Assembly (NCBI RefSeq): GCF_036321535.1
Contig: NC_087436.1
Span: 70,620,001-70,684,000 of the forward strand
Direction: 5' to 3'
DNA from: Camelus dromedarius
Lineage: Eukaryota
DNA length: 64,000 nt
Part shown: positions 12,433 through 25,347 of the stretch, in pieces
How positions within the stretch are numbered: position 1 is the stretch's first letter
Layout: every line of letters begins with the position of its first letter
Notes under the pieces: generated by a model
The model's database searches: none
What the model saw: the letters and a program-made list of their open reading frames with translations, nothing else
What the model was told of the DNA's origin: nothing
Translations under genes and position numbers: made by a program

Positions 12433-14344
12433 CTTTACCACTAACACGGGTACATTTCCACTGGAAGGACATGGTACTAAGGTGTCCTAGAATGATTTTG
12501 AGCCTACCAGAGGAATTAGTTTGGGAAGGAATAAGAGCTGGCAGTTTTCAAAGAGAATGTGAAGGGGGAAATCAGCAGGAGGAAGAGAAATAAACTAAGA
12601 AGGAGAGAAGAAGAGAGGAAAGAACACAAGTAAGAAAGCTGAGAATAAGCTTTTTGCCCCAGGAAACCAGGCGGATGTTAGCCTGTTGACACGGGGCATT
12701 AGGCAGGGGTGAATTGAGAATAACTACAGATTGGAAGATTAAAATCATTCTCCCGGAGAGGAAAAAAGAATGTATGGAATGGGGTAGTAATAGGTGTAAG
12801 CTTTGGAGAAATAATCAGGTTTAGATGATTTTTATAACATCACTTGTAGGAAGGATGTTGAACAGCCTATAGGGTTTTCTTCTAACAGATCAGATTCAAA
12901 TGACAAACCATGAGTACTCCTGATTATAAATCCCACTTTATTACACTTATTTTTAACATATGCTAATAGTGGCAGACAAAAGGAGGTAGGGTTTAAATAC
13001 GTGTCTAGTGCCTGAGGAATAATATGACAGCCTGGACCTGCTTACCAGTTGATGCTGTAGGTCTGAGGGTGATAGTCAAGAGCTGGGAGGACATAATGTT
13101 ATTCCAGTCAATCAAGATTGAGTAACAGTTACATTGTGACAGGTCTCATATAGAAAACCTAAAATCTATAAACTTTTCATAGAAGAGGACAGGAGAATCT
13201 AAGACATGAGTGGGGTTTGGAAGATTGACTTTTTCAGTCAGCTACACGTGATGCCTCTCTTTTGTGCATGAGTAACTTTCCCATCATCACACAGAGCTGT
13301 CATCCCACATACACCATCTCTGTTATAATTAGTCCACTTGATCTGCTTTACCCATTCATAATCTCTAGTTTCTTGGATATGCTAGTACTGTGATCACTGG
13401 GTTGTTAGAGAGCCACTTAGAAAGTGAGGAAGATTAAGAAATTCTAAGAGTAAACATTTATGGCAGAAGAGCAAGCCATGTACTTCTGAGTAATTATAGC
13501 AAGACCTCACTTTGGAAGAAAGAATACAGGCTTGTATAAAAGGAACCTGAAATGTACATTCCTAGATTCATGGAGTTGGTGATATTACCTGGTAAAGACA
13601 AAAAAGGGTCCCCATATCACTGAGCTAGTCCCAGTTTCTTTTACCAGTTGTACCTCCACATGGCAGCCGTTTGAAATCCATTTCTTTGGAATCAAGTTTG
13701 GCTAATGGAAATTTTTTCCACTGTGTGTGTTCTCATAGTTGGCCCTGCATAAAATCCAGGATGGGTATCCCTTAGAGAATCAACTAATGGTCTGTAACTT
13801 TATCTTTGGCATTCACTCCAGGTGAGTTTATTGGATTATCTTCAACCTGATGTGAAAGCCTTAGATTCTGTTCTTGTGTTCATGATCTTTTATTGTTCTT
13901 TGTTTAACTCCTGGGTTATTCTTCACCATTCTCTGTTTAATGTTGACAATTTTTTCTCGGTATTTTCTTATTGTTCACATTTTACTGTTTAAGCCCAGAA
14001 TTGGTTTTTACACTTCAGTCATTACTTTGTATCAGGTCATACTGAGGTACTTGAAAAGGAGAACTTACAGTATCAGTATTTGAGGAGCCCGCCTATATGA
14101 GAGAGCTCTTTAAACCTGATTCACAGAGGAGCCTTCCTTGAACTCCGTTGCCAGGTGTGATTACTGCATTCTGTGACCTCCCATTGAACAGTATACCTTT
14201 CGTATTGTGTTTATGTTTCTTCTTTCATTAGAGCACTTTTTATATTTGCTCCTCCTCATTGAACTGTAAACTTCAGGAGAGTAAAGTCTGTCCATTCTTG
14301 GCTGTGCCCACTATCAGGCCTTAAACATTGCAGGCACCCAGCCA

Positions 14345-14835
14345 GGAGTCTAGTGCCATCACCCAGGAGATAGGTGGTCGTCATGTGGACCAGGGTGTTA
14401 ACAGTGAAGGTGGTGAGGAACAGTCGGATTCTGGATGGACTTTGTAGATCCAACAGGATTTGCTGATAGAGTGGGCATGGGGTGTGAGATGGAGAAATGC
14501 TGATGATGACAGCAAGGTTTTGTCCTGAGCAATGGGAGAACAGAGTTGCCATGAACCAGGTGAGGAAGACTACAGGAAGAGCTAGTTTGAGGGGACTCTC
14601 AGGGGCGCTCAGTTTTGGGGTTTGTGAAGTTTGCGATGCCTATTAGACATGCAAGGAGAGATGTTATAGGTCTGGAGTTTGGGGAAGAGGTCCTGGCTGA
14701 GGATATAAATTTGTGAGTCATCAGTATATAGACGGCATTCAAAGGCATGGGACTTGGTGAGATCACAAAGGGAGTGTGTGTAGACAGAAAAGAGCCATCT
14801 AAGGACTAAGTTCTGGGACACCTCAGGCACCACAC
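14345..14835 (-). mobile_element. L2 LINE fragment, antisense
   Basis: CAGGATTTGCTGATAGA...GTCTGGAGTTTGGGGAAGAGGTCCTGGCTGAGGATATAAATTTGTGAGTCATCAG are typical L2 minus-strand motifs. Confidence 0.75.
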
Positions 14836-15486
14836 ATTTTGATTTCAGAATAGCTTTTAGTTTCTCTGAGAACACTCATATTCCACAAACACAATTTTAG
14901 ATGTGTTGATCTAAAGGAACACATCTTTATAACTACTTCTCTTAAGGGCACATAGAATACAGTTCCTTTAGTCTTAAAAATATACTTCTAATTTTGCAAG
15001 ATGGCACAGTAATATCAGTAAAGGTACCAGAGTACTGGTAAACCATTTTGTGGCAGTGTATCTTTAGCTGTGGGACAGCCTACAGGTGTTGAGTCAGGTA
15101 GTTGCAATAGATCCAGACATAGTATGTTCTAGAATGAGCCTTTAAAACCTCTCTAACTTTCCTGGGCATTTGATGGTCTTTTGGTCTGATTTTTAGTGCT
15201 ACATAGTTCATCCCTTCCATTCAAAATATTTATTATAGCTGAATTATGTGCAAAGTATGTATTCAGTACCATGGGGGATAAACTGTTCCAACCCTCAGGA
15301 AACTCAGGGGGAAGAGTTAAAGTGTGATTCAGAAGTGAGGGCTTCCGGGGTTCCCAAGGAGGTGGGCTGAGATGGTAGAAGGCTAGAAGGCTTGTTTTGA
15401 GCTCTGAAGGAAGTTTAGAAATGAGGAAAGGACAGTTTTTGATAATAAGTGTGGGGTCTTACGTACATAAGACAGAAGGCAATTAT

Positions 15487-15749
15487 AGGGGGTGGAGGGT
15501 GGGAAGGGATAGATGGGATTTTAAAATTGTAGAATAGATAAACAAGATTATACTGTAAAGGGAAATATACACAAGATTATACTGCACAGGGAAATATACA
15601 CAAGATCTTATGGTAGCTCACAGAGAAAAAAATGTGACAATGAATATATATATATGTTCATGTATAACTGAAAAATTGTGCTCTACACCGGAATTTGACA
15701 CAATATTGTAAAATGATTATAAACCAATAAAAAAATGTTAAAAAAAAAA
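15487..15749 (+). mobile_element. Young 5'-truncated LINE-1 (3'UTR only) with poly(A) and a perfect 18-bp TSD
   Basis: AAGACAGAAGGCAATTAT at 15469-15486 and 15750-15767. Has a G-rich 5' tract, an L1-type 3' end (TGACACAATATTGTAAAATGATTATA), AATAAA and an A tail. Confidence 0.9.
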
Positions 15750-16879
15750 AAGACAGAAGGCAATTATGGTCAGATTACCTGCCTAACTGGAGCAAAGAGT
15801 GCTGGAGAGAATGGGAACTAAAACCGGAAGATTCTAGAGCTTCACACCCTGTGTTGGTAAGGGGCGCTCTCTCTGGAAGGAGCGGGAAGAAGATTACTCT
15901 AGCAGTCATCTTTTGTTACGCATTTTTGGGCCGCTTGACCAAACCCCGCGCTCTGCTTTGTGTCACAGAGAATAGTTTATTGCTGTAACTTCCTTAGGCC
16001 AGAATAACAATCAAATGGCAATTTGATGCTTTTAGAGCTTTTCCATAGCTATGCTTTTCATGTCTATAGAATGTAAACAGACTTTTTTTTTGAATATTAG
16101 TATTTCTTGGAGGATAAATGGTATAAACTTGGAAAAGTCTTTTACTGCTAGAAGTAGTCATGCTCCTAACATCTAAAAATATATATAAGTATATATATGC
16201 TTTTTTTGTTGTTTGTTTACACCAAGTTATTAGCCCCAACTTCCTTATTTTTTGCCTCGCAGCTTTCTTCTTATACGAAGTACCAAATTACAGGAAAAAA
16301 TCCTATGGCAATGCTCCTGAGGGTGATGAAGTTTTGGGGATTGGGTCTCATCGCACTTATTTCCCCTAATAAGAACTCTTCAAATGGAAACTTGAAAATA
16401 AAATGTTCTTATAATTTTTTATCAGTGGGGAAAATTGGGTCATGCCTACCACTTCCCATATCAGCAATAATCCGTGGCAAAAAAAAGGTCACTGGTAACT
16501 TTTGACTTGAGGGGAAAGACATTTACATTGGTGATAAGTAGGCGTCAGAAGTCGGTGTCTTTGTTTAGTCCTGCAAGACCCTCCTCTCCATCCTGTTATG
16601 ATCGTTGAGACGATGTCCTCGAGCTGCTGGGAGGCGTTTCCCACTCACTGAAGGACGCTCGAGCCGTTCTAAGTGGGAGCTGGGGAGGAGGGAGAGAGGA
16701 ACGGGTAACACCTGCAAGATATGTTTTCAAAGGGGCTGACACCTTTACCCGTCTCCTCAAACTCCCACATTCGTCCCTCCTTCTCCTCCTCACCATTAGG
16801 TCACTTGTATTTCACTGCAAAGTTATGAGTCCTCAGAAGCCCTCATCTTCACCCACAAACCTCCCAGCTCGCCCGCCTC

Positions 16880-18145
16880 CGTCCCCACGGAGCCTGCCTT
16901 CCCCAGCTAGGGCGCATGAGCCCTCTGTGTCACTCTGCAGCTGATCCCTCTCCCTGTGCTGTGGCTATCCTGTTGTCTCTTCTCAGTAGTTCAGGGTTGC
17001 TTGAGCTGCTTTTGCAGTTATTCTAATCGCTCCTGCAGCAGCAATCTGTCTCTACTAGATCGTCCTCTTTAACATTCCCGTGTCATCGTATTTCCTATCT
17101 TAAAAAATCCTCTATTTTATGCCTTCCTTCAGCTACCTCCCTGATTCTTGGCTTTTCTTGGTAGTAACATTTCTCAAAATAATTCTGCCTACTCCCTGTC
17201 TTCGCTTCTTCACCTGTCACTCTTTACTGGGTAGCCAGTGTCCACTATAACGGCTCTTGTCAGGATCACCCAGCAGTGCCAACTTGCCAGATTCATCGGT
17301 CCATTCTTAGCTCTCGTCTTATCTGCGCTTCCAGCAGCCTTTGACGTGGCTGATACACTTTCCTTATTGAGCCTTTTCTTCACCTGACTGTTGGTGAAGC
17401 CCTGGTTTTCCTCCTGCTTCACTGGCTCACTGGCTGTTTTTTGTTTTGTTTTGTTTTTAATGTCTTCTGCCGATATCTCCTCCCTTTCCTATAAAAGGTG
17501 GAGTAACCTGGGGTTTAGATGTTACTCCTCTTCTCTGTGTACACTCACACCCAAGGTTGTGTCATCCTATCCCATGGTCTTAAATACTGTTTACATGGTG
17601 TAGCTCCTAAATTTATGTCTTTCTACTCCACATTTCCACTTGGACCTTTAGTAGACAAGTTCCACCTAAAACATCCCAAACTCCTTACTGTGGCCTTCCA
17701 GGCCCTTACCTCCTGGTCCCCCCTTAGTTATGCAACTTCATTTGCTACCATTTTCTTGCCTTTGCTCCTTCAGCTCCCACCACACTTGCCTGCTTACTGT
17801 TCCTCTGACTCCAAGCTCTTTCCTGTCTCAGGGCTTTGCACTTGCTGTTCTCTTTGCCTAGAATATTCTCAGCCCAGATCTTTGCATGGCTTGTCCCCTT
17901 GCTCCGATGTCAAATACATTTCTTCAGAGGCCTTCCCTGACCACCCTGTTTAAAGCAGTGCCCTCTTACTGTTTTACTTTTCCTTCTCAGCATTTACCAC
18001 TACCTAATATCCTATTTTACTTCTCCCCTTGCTGGAATAGGAGCCCCAGAAGGACCTGTTATCAGTTGATCCATCCCTTATCCCTAAGGCTTAGATCAGT
18101 TCCTGGCTCACAGTAGAGTCTCAACACGTTATTGAGTGAGTAAAT
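16880..18145 (+). mobile_element. L2 LINE (RT remnant through 3' end), ending about 250 nt upstream of the 18400 exon
   Basis: CAGCAGCCTTTGACGTGGCTGAT (SAAFD-like RT motif), CAGGGCTTTGCACTTGCTGTTC, and terminal CCTGGCTCACAGTAGAGTCTCAACACGTTATTGAGTGAGT. Confidence 0.8.
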
Positions 18146-18399
18146 ACATGGATTGCTACATATGCAAACATTGTTTTATATGTAAACCATGGGAATATGT
18201 GCTCAATGTTTTTGAATACAAAGCCCAGATAAATGTTTACTGTAGTAGAGTGGTTAAACATACTAGAAGAATGGCTAGCTAGGGCCTGCCTGCTGTGTGT
18301 GGACTCATACAGAGGAATTCCCTTGAGTGATATATGGAATGCCTCTTCTTGTTCCCTTCTCTGGAAATAAGTTGTGCTTTCTTGGCCCTTCCCATGCAG

Positions 18400-18557
18400 C
18401 TGAAGAATAAGTTCATGAAAAAACTACCCCGAGATGCAGAAGCCTCCAACGTGCTGGTCGGCGAGGTCGACTTCTTGGATTCTCCTTTCATTGCCTTTGT
18501 TCGGCTGCAGCAGGCGGTCATGCTGGGTGCCCTGACTGAGGTCCCTGTGCCCACACG
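18400..18557 (+). CDS. SLC4A4: SLC4A4/NBCe1 coding exon (approx. human exon 8), 158 nt: [52 protein letters not shown](R)
   Basis: Acceptor cttggcccttcccatgcag|CTG and donor CG|gtaagc. The peptide matches the NBCe1 N-terminal cytoplasmic domain as recalled. Starts in phase 0, ends in phase 2. Confidence 0.97.
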
Positions 18558-18828
18558 GTAAGCTGCTCCTGCCCCCTGGGGTCCACAGTGTGCTTCCAGG
18601 GAAAGCTCCTCTCCCTCGGGCTAGAGAACCAGCAGAATGAGGCCACATCCAGAGCAAGCCTATTAGAAAGGTTTCATCTGAAAGAATGGTTCAGACTGAC
18701 TTTCACACTGTCAAGTTACTTAGCCCTTGTACAGTAGTAGGAATAATAACAATTACGATCATTCACTGGGCTATGTAATAGTTTCTTATGGATTAGTCCT
18801 TATAGATTTAATCCTCATAATATTTTTT

Positions 18829-19008
18829 GGTTTTTTTTTAAGAAATTTTATTTTTGTTGTTTTGTTTGCATTTTATTTGTTTTTGCAGGGGGAAATAATT
18901 AGGTTTATTTATTTATTATTATTATTTTTAATGGAAGTGCTGGTGATTGAACCCAGGACCTTGTGCATACTAAGCACGCACTCTACCACTGAACTATACC
19001 CTCCCCCC
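18829..19008 (-). mobile_element. tRNA-derived SINE (Vic-1-like, long-tail form) inserted into a MIR
   Basis: Core GATTGAACCCAGGACCTTGTGCATACTAAGCACGCACTCTACCACTGAACTATACCCTCCCC with a T-rich tail. Flanked by ATAATATTTTT direct repeats. Confidence 0.88.
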
Positions 19009-22000
19009 ATCACAATAATATTTTTAAAGTATAAGCTGTAGGTGTATGGTTTTTACAGATGAAGGAACTGAGTCTGAGAGTTTAAGCAACTCATTCACGA
19101 TCATACAGATGGTAAATGGTTCAGAGGTCAGAGTTGCTTTCATTTCCTCAAAAACTGATAGTGGATACAAACACATCTATTTGTATGTATTATATACATA
19201 CACACATGTAAAGATCATTAAGCTATACATGTAAGTTTGCACTTTATGTCATGTGCAATAAATAAATCATAAACTTAAGTCTCATACAATTTTATTTTAA
19301 AGGAAGCATGTTACTGTTACTACAGTCATGAACTCATCACACTGCACAGAACCTTGGAAGTCCTCCTCTTTATTTCCTCTGTAACCGAGCTCAGCAGGGG
19401 AGTCAGGGAGCTGGAATTCTCAAGTGCAATAGGTGAATAGAAGTTAATGCTTCACTTGAACTTGTGCTTAGGAAGAGTTTAAAGAGAAGTTTTTAATCTT
19501 CAGGTTGACATCAGAAAATTATCATATAAATAAGACCTTTTCTGAGGGGTTGTCTTTTGTGGGTCCCCGGGTTTCCCAGGTGAGCAGGAAGGGCTCTGAA
19601 CCCTGCTCAACCATCTCAGGTGGTCTGAGGGTGATAAACTAAGACAAGGGGCACAGGTTGGTTCTGAGTCAATTTAGAAGGAAAATTGGGAGAACATGTC
19701 CTTAGGGCCTTCCAACTCGTAGATTACAGGCCGTTTTTTCCTACCATACCAGCGTTTATCCCCCATTTTTATATTTCTTAGACACCGAAAATAGGAATAA
19801 TACTTCTCGTATTATAGTATAGGAGTAATATAAGCAGTCATTGGGCAAATAGCAGAGGAAGAGAGATGATCGGAGCCGCTTCAGCTAATGGGATTATCAT
19901 GACTTGTGTTTTCTGTGACTTCACTTTGTGCCTGAAAACATTCCAGCAGAGCCTCTCAGTCCTATCTGAGCAATTACCTGGCCAGCAGCTCGCTGACTCA
20001 GACTGTGGCCAAAGTCCAGCTTGTGTGTCCCTCTGGTTTTATTTATGTCTCTTTGGACTAACTTTACTGGAGCTTGAAAGAAAAAAACATGCCAAGAAGT
20101 GTTACATTGCTCTTGCTTTTTCATTTTTATTCTTTTTCTCGAGAAGCTACACATGGAAGACATTTTAAAAGGCTTTTTTATTTAACAGTAATGCGAGTTC
20201 ATTGAGTAGCACATCATGACCATTTCTGTGTCCCTCTTAGCATCTGCTCCTGTCTGGCTCCGTTCCTTCTATATTGGAGGGTGGTACTAGTCTAGAGGTA
20301 AAATCTAGCATCATTTGAATTAAGAGAAGGAGCCCAAGCAATTCGAGGGGATGTAATTTAATAATGTCATAAAACTATGTCAGGGCAGTAATCTGAATAA
20401 TATGTCCTAGCATGTTAACATTTTTCCAGGAAATAGTTTTATCCATTTGCAGTCCTCAGAACCAGGGCAAGCTGTAATCACTGAGTAGGGAGTCTCATTA
20501 GCTTTTTTGTGCATGAGTAATGTGGGGCCATTTACAATGGCTGCATCCTGTGAAATCCAATAAAGGAAATCCCACAGGCATTGTGGTCGTCACTGTGAAG
20601 GATGCCTTTGCACTCAGCCATGTGCTCTAACATGCGTGCCACCCTGTTGTCCTGCAGGGAGACCTGAGAAGTCTATTTCTGTGCACATCTTGTAACAACG
20701 GTCAGTTTTTATTTTGAAGGTGGAGGAAAGTTAGGCTCTTTTGCTTATTATCATTATTATTACTGTTTATAATAAATAGTGTTACTTCCATGTGCCTTAT
20801 AGGAAATATGGCTGGAGCCACTCCCCTTGTGCAGGGTCCTTCTTGCCATCCATGTGAATGCAAATAAACTCTGTCCTTGGGTCTTCGGTGACTTGGGAGG
20901 ATATGTTTATCATTTTCCTAGCATCTTGCAGACACTCTACTTGCTGTCATCTTACCTTTGTCCACAGAGGCCACCACTCAGTCGTATTTATGGGCCACAT
21001 GAGAATAAATATTATCCCCATTTTACCGTTGAGAGATGGAGGCACAGAGGAGATTCACTATCAGTGCAGATTTTTGACTCTGAGGCCAGGCTTTCAGGGA
21101 AAATCTAAGGCGGTATCCAGAATGAATTGGAGTAAAATACTTTAGGGTTTTCCCGTGAAGACTAATAAAAACCCCTGACCAGTTTGTCCTTTTCTGACCT
21201 TGATGTTCACATCTAAGGCAGATAGTTATTCAGGGAGCTCTAGCCCTCTAAAAAATTAGAATGTTTACCCCTTTATACCACTGTAAATTAATACCTGTTT
21301 AATATTTATAAATAATGATTTGCCTAAAAGTGGCTGTTTATGCCTAATGGTCAAAACCATAAAAAATTCTACCAGAGGAATTGGGATCGAGGTCCTGCTA
21401 GTTCAATTCTGTCTTGTGTAATGACCCTCCAGTTGCTCGCTGCTGTTTATCTGATGTAAAGTGGTCGGTTATGGTGGGTTTGTACTGCTCGTGAATTTAT
21501 TGTGACAGCGACAGTTTAGCCACATTTTCCAAAGCCACTAAATATGAATAATGGGTTATTTGATTCACTGTTGTTTTGAAAGAAGGGCGTAAAGGATTGG
21601 TACATGCTGAGTTTATTCTAGAAATAGCTGTGATATATCAGGAAGGTGGGGGCACATCCTTTCTGAAAAGATTGAGTGGCTTAGGAAGGCTGGCTCTTTT
21701 TCTGATATCATGCTCTGTTTCTGCCTATAATTATTTTGTGAATGTAAATATAGTCCGTTGCTTCCGGACACAGATCGTCTGGTACTTGTTTTTGCTGTGG
21801 GGAGTGCCAGGGGCAACCTCCCCAGGCATAATTAATTATATGGAAAAGTGCGTAAGATGAGAAGGGCCTCATGAAGATTCTTGAGACAACCAGGCACTAT
21901 TAAAAAGTCCAACTATGGCTTGTTCTAGATATGAGTGAATAAAAACAACTCAGCAATGTAAATTAATTATTTCCCCTGAGCCGGCAACATGGGTTGTGCC

Positions 22001-25000
22001 CCTCCAGCCACACAAACGTGATGCTTACTCTAATTTGTTAATAAGGGAAAAAAGCTTCTGGTTAAAAATAACATCTGTCCATTGACAAAAACCAGCTTAA
22101 GTCATGAAAGTTTTCAGTACATTGCAAAAGCCGAGTTTGGCAAGATGTACTTCTGTCATAAAAGCTGTAACAGCTTTTGCTTCTTTGAGGGTTAAAGAGG
22201 AGAGAGAGAACATGTTTCGGGCAGAGGGAACGTCAACTTGATGAGTTGTTCTGTGTTGTTAGTTTTCCCAGACCTCTCATCCCAGTTTCAACAATGCAGT
22301 TCAAATTAGAGGCTTCTTAAGGGTCTGCTTTCCTGCAGATGAAATTCTTGACCTGAGGTGATGTTTCCTGCTACCTGGACATGGCCAGATTTCCCCTCTA
22401 TATCACTTAAAGGAGATGGATTTACTGAATGGTTCCTGAATGGAGTAATGTGAAAATTTTAACTGATATGTAACGTTTTATTTCTCTTTGGCATTCAATG
22501 ATTTTCCATTAAAGAAAATATATCTATATGTATATGTTTAAAATAAAAATCACGTTACCCAGGGGAAGAGGAATTGTACCTTTATATCTAGGTTAGTGGA
22601 ACACTATAGCTCTCATGTACTGAGTTGTTGCTATGATAAATACTGTGGTCACCACTGGTCTGTTACTTCCATTCATGCTTTGGTACTGTTTCATAAAGAC
22701 CAGAGTAAATATTTGTAGGAAATGTATGCCCTCATCTCATAGGATTTAGGTTATATGATCCATTACTCTGTCAGCTCTTGGACTAGCTACCCATCATCTG
22801 TCTAAGTTTATCTTTGAGGACTATTAAGGATGAGAGTATTTTCCTCGCTTTCTAACAAGACACTATTTTGGCTTTGTTGCCATATAGTCAACCTGATCAT
22901 TCACTCACGTGTCGGTTGATAAATGTGCATTTTCATCACGTGTAAACCATCATGATGGAGATACTGGGGAGAGGTAGGAAGAGGTAAAGAGTGGTTCTGG
23001 GAAGGTTTTAGATATTATGCTTTACTGAGAAACTAATATTTAGATACACTGACATAATTAAAAATGGCAGGCAAAGGAAATCCATTATTTAAAAATGTGT
23101 TAAGTAAAGCATCCAAGGATTGCGTGTTTTCTCTTGCCGTTCCGCATCTGCTCCCTTTTCCTAAAACTGTGCCCCTTGTGTGCTGTCTGACGATCAGCCC
23201 TTGGGAGGCAGGTAAATAGGATGGGGAAAGGCGACCAGCACTGCAGGTGTTTCCTAATGAGATGTGTAGTTTATTTTAGGGTTAAATATTTTATGCATGT
23301 GTTGGACTCAAGTCAGTGATCTGTCCCTTTAGAAAAATGCATTGTACTGTCATAAAGAAGCACTTTATAGTGTTGTATGTGCTGGTGTATAATTTAGGTC
23401 CAGATTCAAAGGAAAAGAAGTTCTAGTTAGAAGAACTACAATCCAGTTCTAATAATGACTGCCTTCACACTTGAGCAGATTCTCGTGCCTGCTGATTGCT
23501 TTTGCTGTTTCATCTGCTGCGCTAACACTTGAAAGTGAATGTGCCACTGCACTCCACAACTGGTTTCTACGCAAATAACCCTGAATGGCTTTATGCTTAT
23601 TCTAGTATAAAACCTGAGTATTCAAACTTTCAGATGAACTTCTTACGTTCTTAATTTCTGTTTCTTTCTTCACCCTTTGGATTGAATTTTTTGATGAGAA
23701 AAAGGAATTATCCATTCAAGAGTGTTTTGGAACAGACTCTTAATACTTTGAGGAGTACTCACTATCCATTCTTTCTTATTTGAAGTGAGGTATATGAATA
23801 AATAAGTAAAAAATAAAATTTTACTAAGCAAAGTCCTAAGCCATTCCTGGTCCCATAAAATCTTACCTAAGATTTCTTATCACCAGCTAAGTATCCACAA
23901 TATCTTTCCCTAGAGTGACCTATGGAAGTCATAGTTGGATAGCTTTTCTCTGTGGAATCACAACCCTGGTATATGGGTTGGGCAGGTATTATTAGGCAGA
24001 ATTGTGTACTGAAAAGAACAAGAGATAGGAGGCTAGCTACTCTGTCATTTACTAGGGGCAGTCTTTGGGCTCATCCACTAACTTCCTTGACCCTAGGTTT
24101 CTTCACTATTCAATGGGGATAAGATTCTGTCCTTATTGCCAAGAGCAGTAGGAGTTTAAATGATGTGTGAATGTGAAATGCTTTATTTGCAGGCTTTAAG
24201 AAGCTGTGCAAATGTACGATGTGAGCATTTTTATTGTCCTCATTATCTCCCTGTTAGATAAGACATGATCATAAATAATCAAGGCAGGGATTAATCCAGT
24301 GTTGCCTTTTGTGTATATATATTTAATATATAAAGATACATATTTAATTCATTTATTTATTGGGTTTCCTTCTCCCTAGTTGAGACAAGCATCTTTGCCC
24401 TTGTGCTCAGTGAAGGATTCTTTCCAACACAATAAGAGGTGCACTTAAATGGAGATAAGCTCATTATTGCAAGTTTCAGGACCTACTTACCATGAAGCAG
24501 TGCTTTGTGGATCATCAAGAAAACAAATCTGGAAAAGAAAAGGAGGACACCCGCAAAAGAACTTTAACTGTGAATGAGGCTTTATTTTGAATTTCTCTCA
24601 TGTTTTTCTTTCTTTACTTTGGCTGTCAGCATGTGGCTTACTTATAGAGGGCTTGGTGTTTGCTGACTCCCAGCCACTTCTGAGTAGAAATATTTCTGAA
24701 AAGTACGGAGAGGATCATTTGTCACCATCCATACTGAGTAAAGAAGAGTCAGAGAAATCTGAAGATGTACTGAGTCTTTCTAGTTACTGCGCTTAATGGG
24801 TTTTCTCCAAAGATTCTGAAAGTCAGTAGAGAGGGAGACAGAAGAAAGTTTAGAAAAGAAAGATTGAATGACTCATAAAGTGACCCTTTCCTTCTCAGTG
24901 AAGAAGCTTCTCAGGTTTCTGTGCTAAATTCTCCCTTGCCTCCAAATGAACTGAACAACAATTTGTGTTTCACGATAGTGTGAAAGGGTGTCTTTCATAT

Positions 25001-25014
25001 TACCAAGAAAATTA

Positions 25015-25129
25015 CTTTGTTTTGTTTTTGTGTTTATTTTTTTTTTTTGATGGAGGTACTGGGGATTGAACCGTGGACCTTGTACATGCTAAGCCCTCAC
25101 TCTACCACTGAGCTGTACCCTCTCCTCCC
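25015..25129 (-). mobile_element. tRNA-derived SINE (Vic-1-like)
   Basis: Same core (GGAGGTACTGGGGATTGAACC...CTCTACCACTGAGCTGTACCC) with a poly-T tail. Ends about 130 nt upstream of the 25260 exon. Confidence 0.88.
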
Positions 25130-25259
25130 TTACCTCTGTTTTAAAGATTAATTCTAGACCTGACCTTTTTATGAATTATGATGAACATGTCTAAGTTGTG
25201 TGTATATTGAGTCTGATGAAATGTATGTTATAGCCTTTGCTTCTTTCCTCCCCCATTAG

Positions 25260-25347
25260 GTTCTTGTTCATTCTCTTAGGTCCTAAGGGGAAAGCCAAGT
25301 CCTACCATGAGATTGGCAGAGCCATTGCCACCTTGATGTCTGACGAG
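25260..25347 (+). CDS. SLC4A4: SLC4A4 coding exon (approx. exon 9), 88 nt: (R)[29 protein letters not shown]
   Basis: Acceptor ttctttcctcccccattag|G and donor GAG|gtaggg. Completes the split Arg codon CG+G and encodes the SLC4 motif [12 protein letters not shown]. Missed by the ORF track. Confidence 0.97.

Noticed and set aside
1..18399. Preceding SLC4A4 exon (...SDKPEKDQ) or an NBCe1 promoter
   Set aside because: I found no such coding segment by eye. The region looks like the distal part of a long intron, although a small exon could have been missed.
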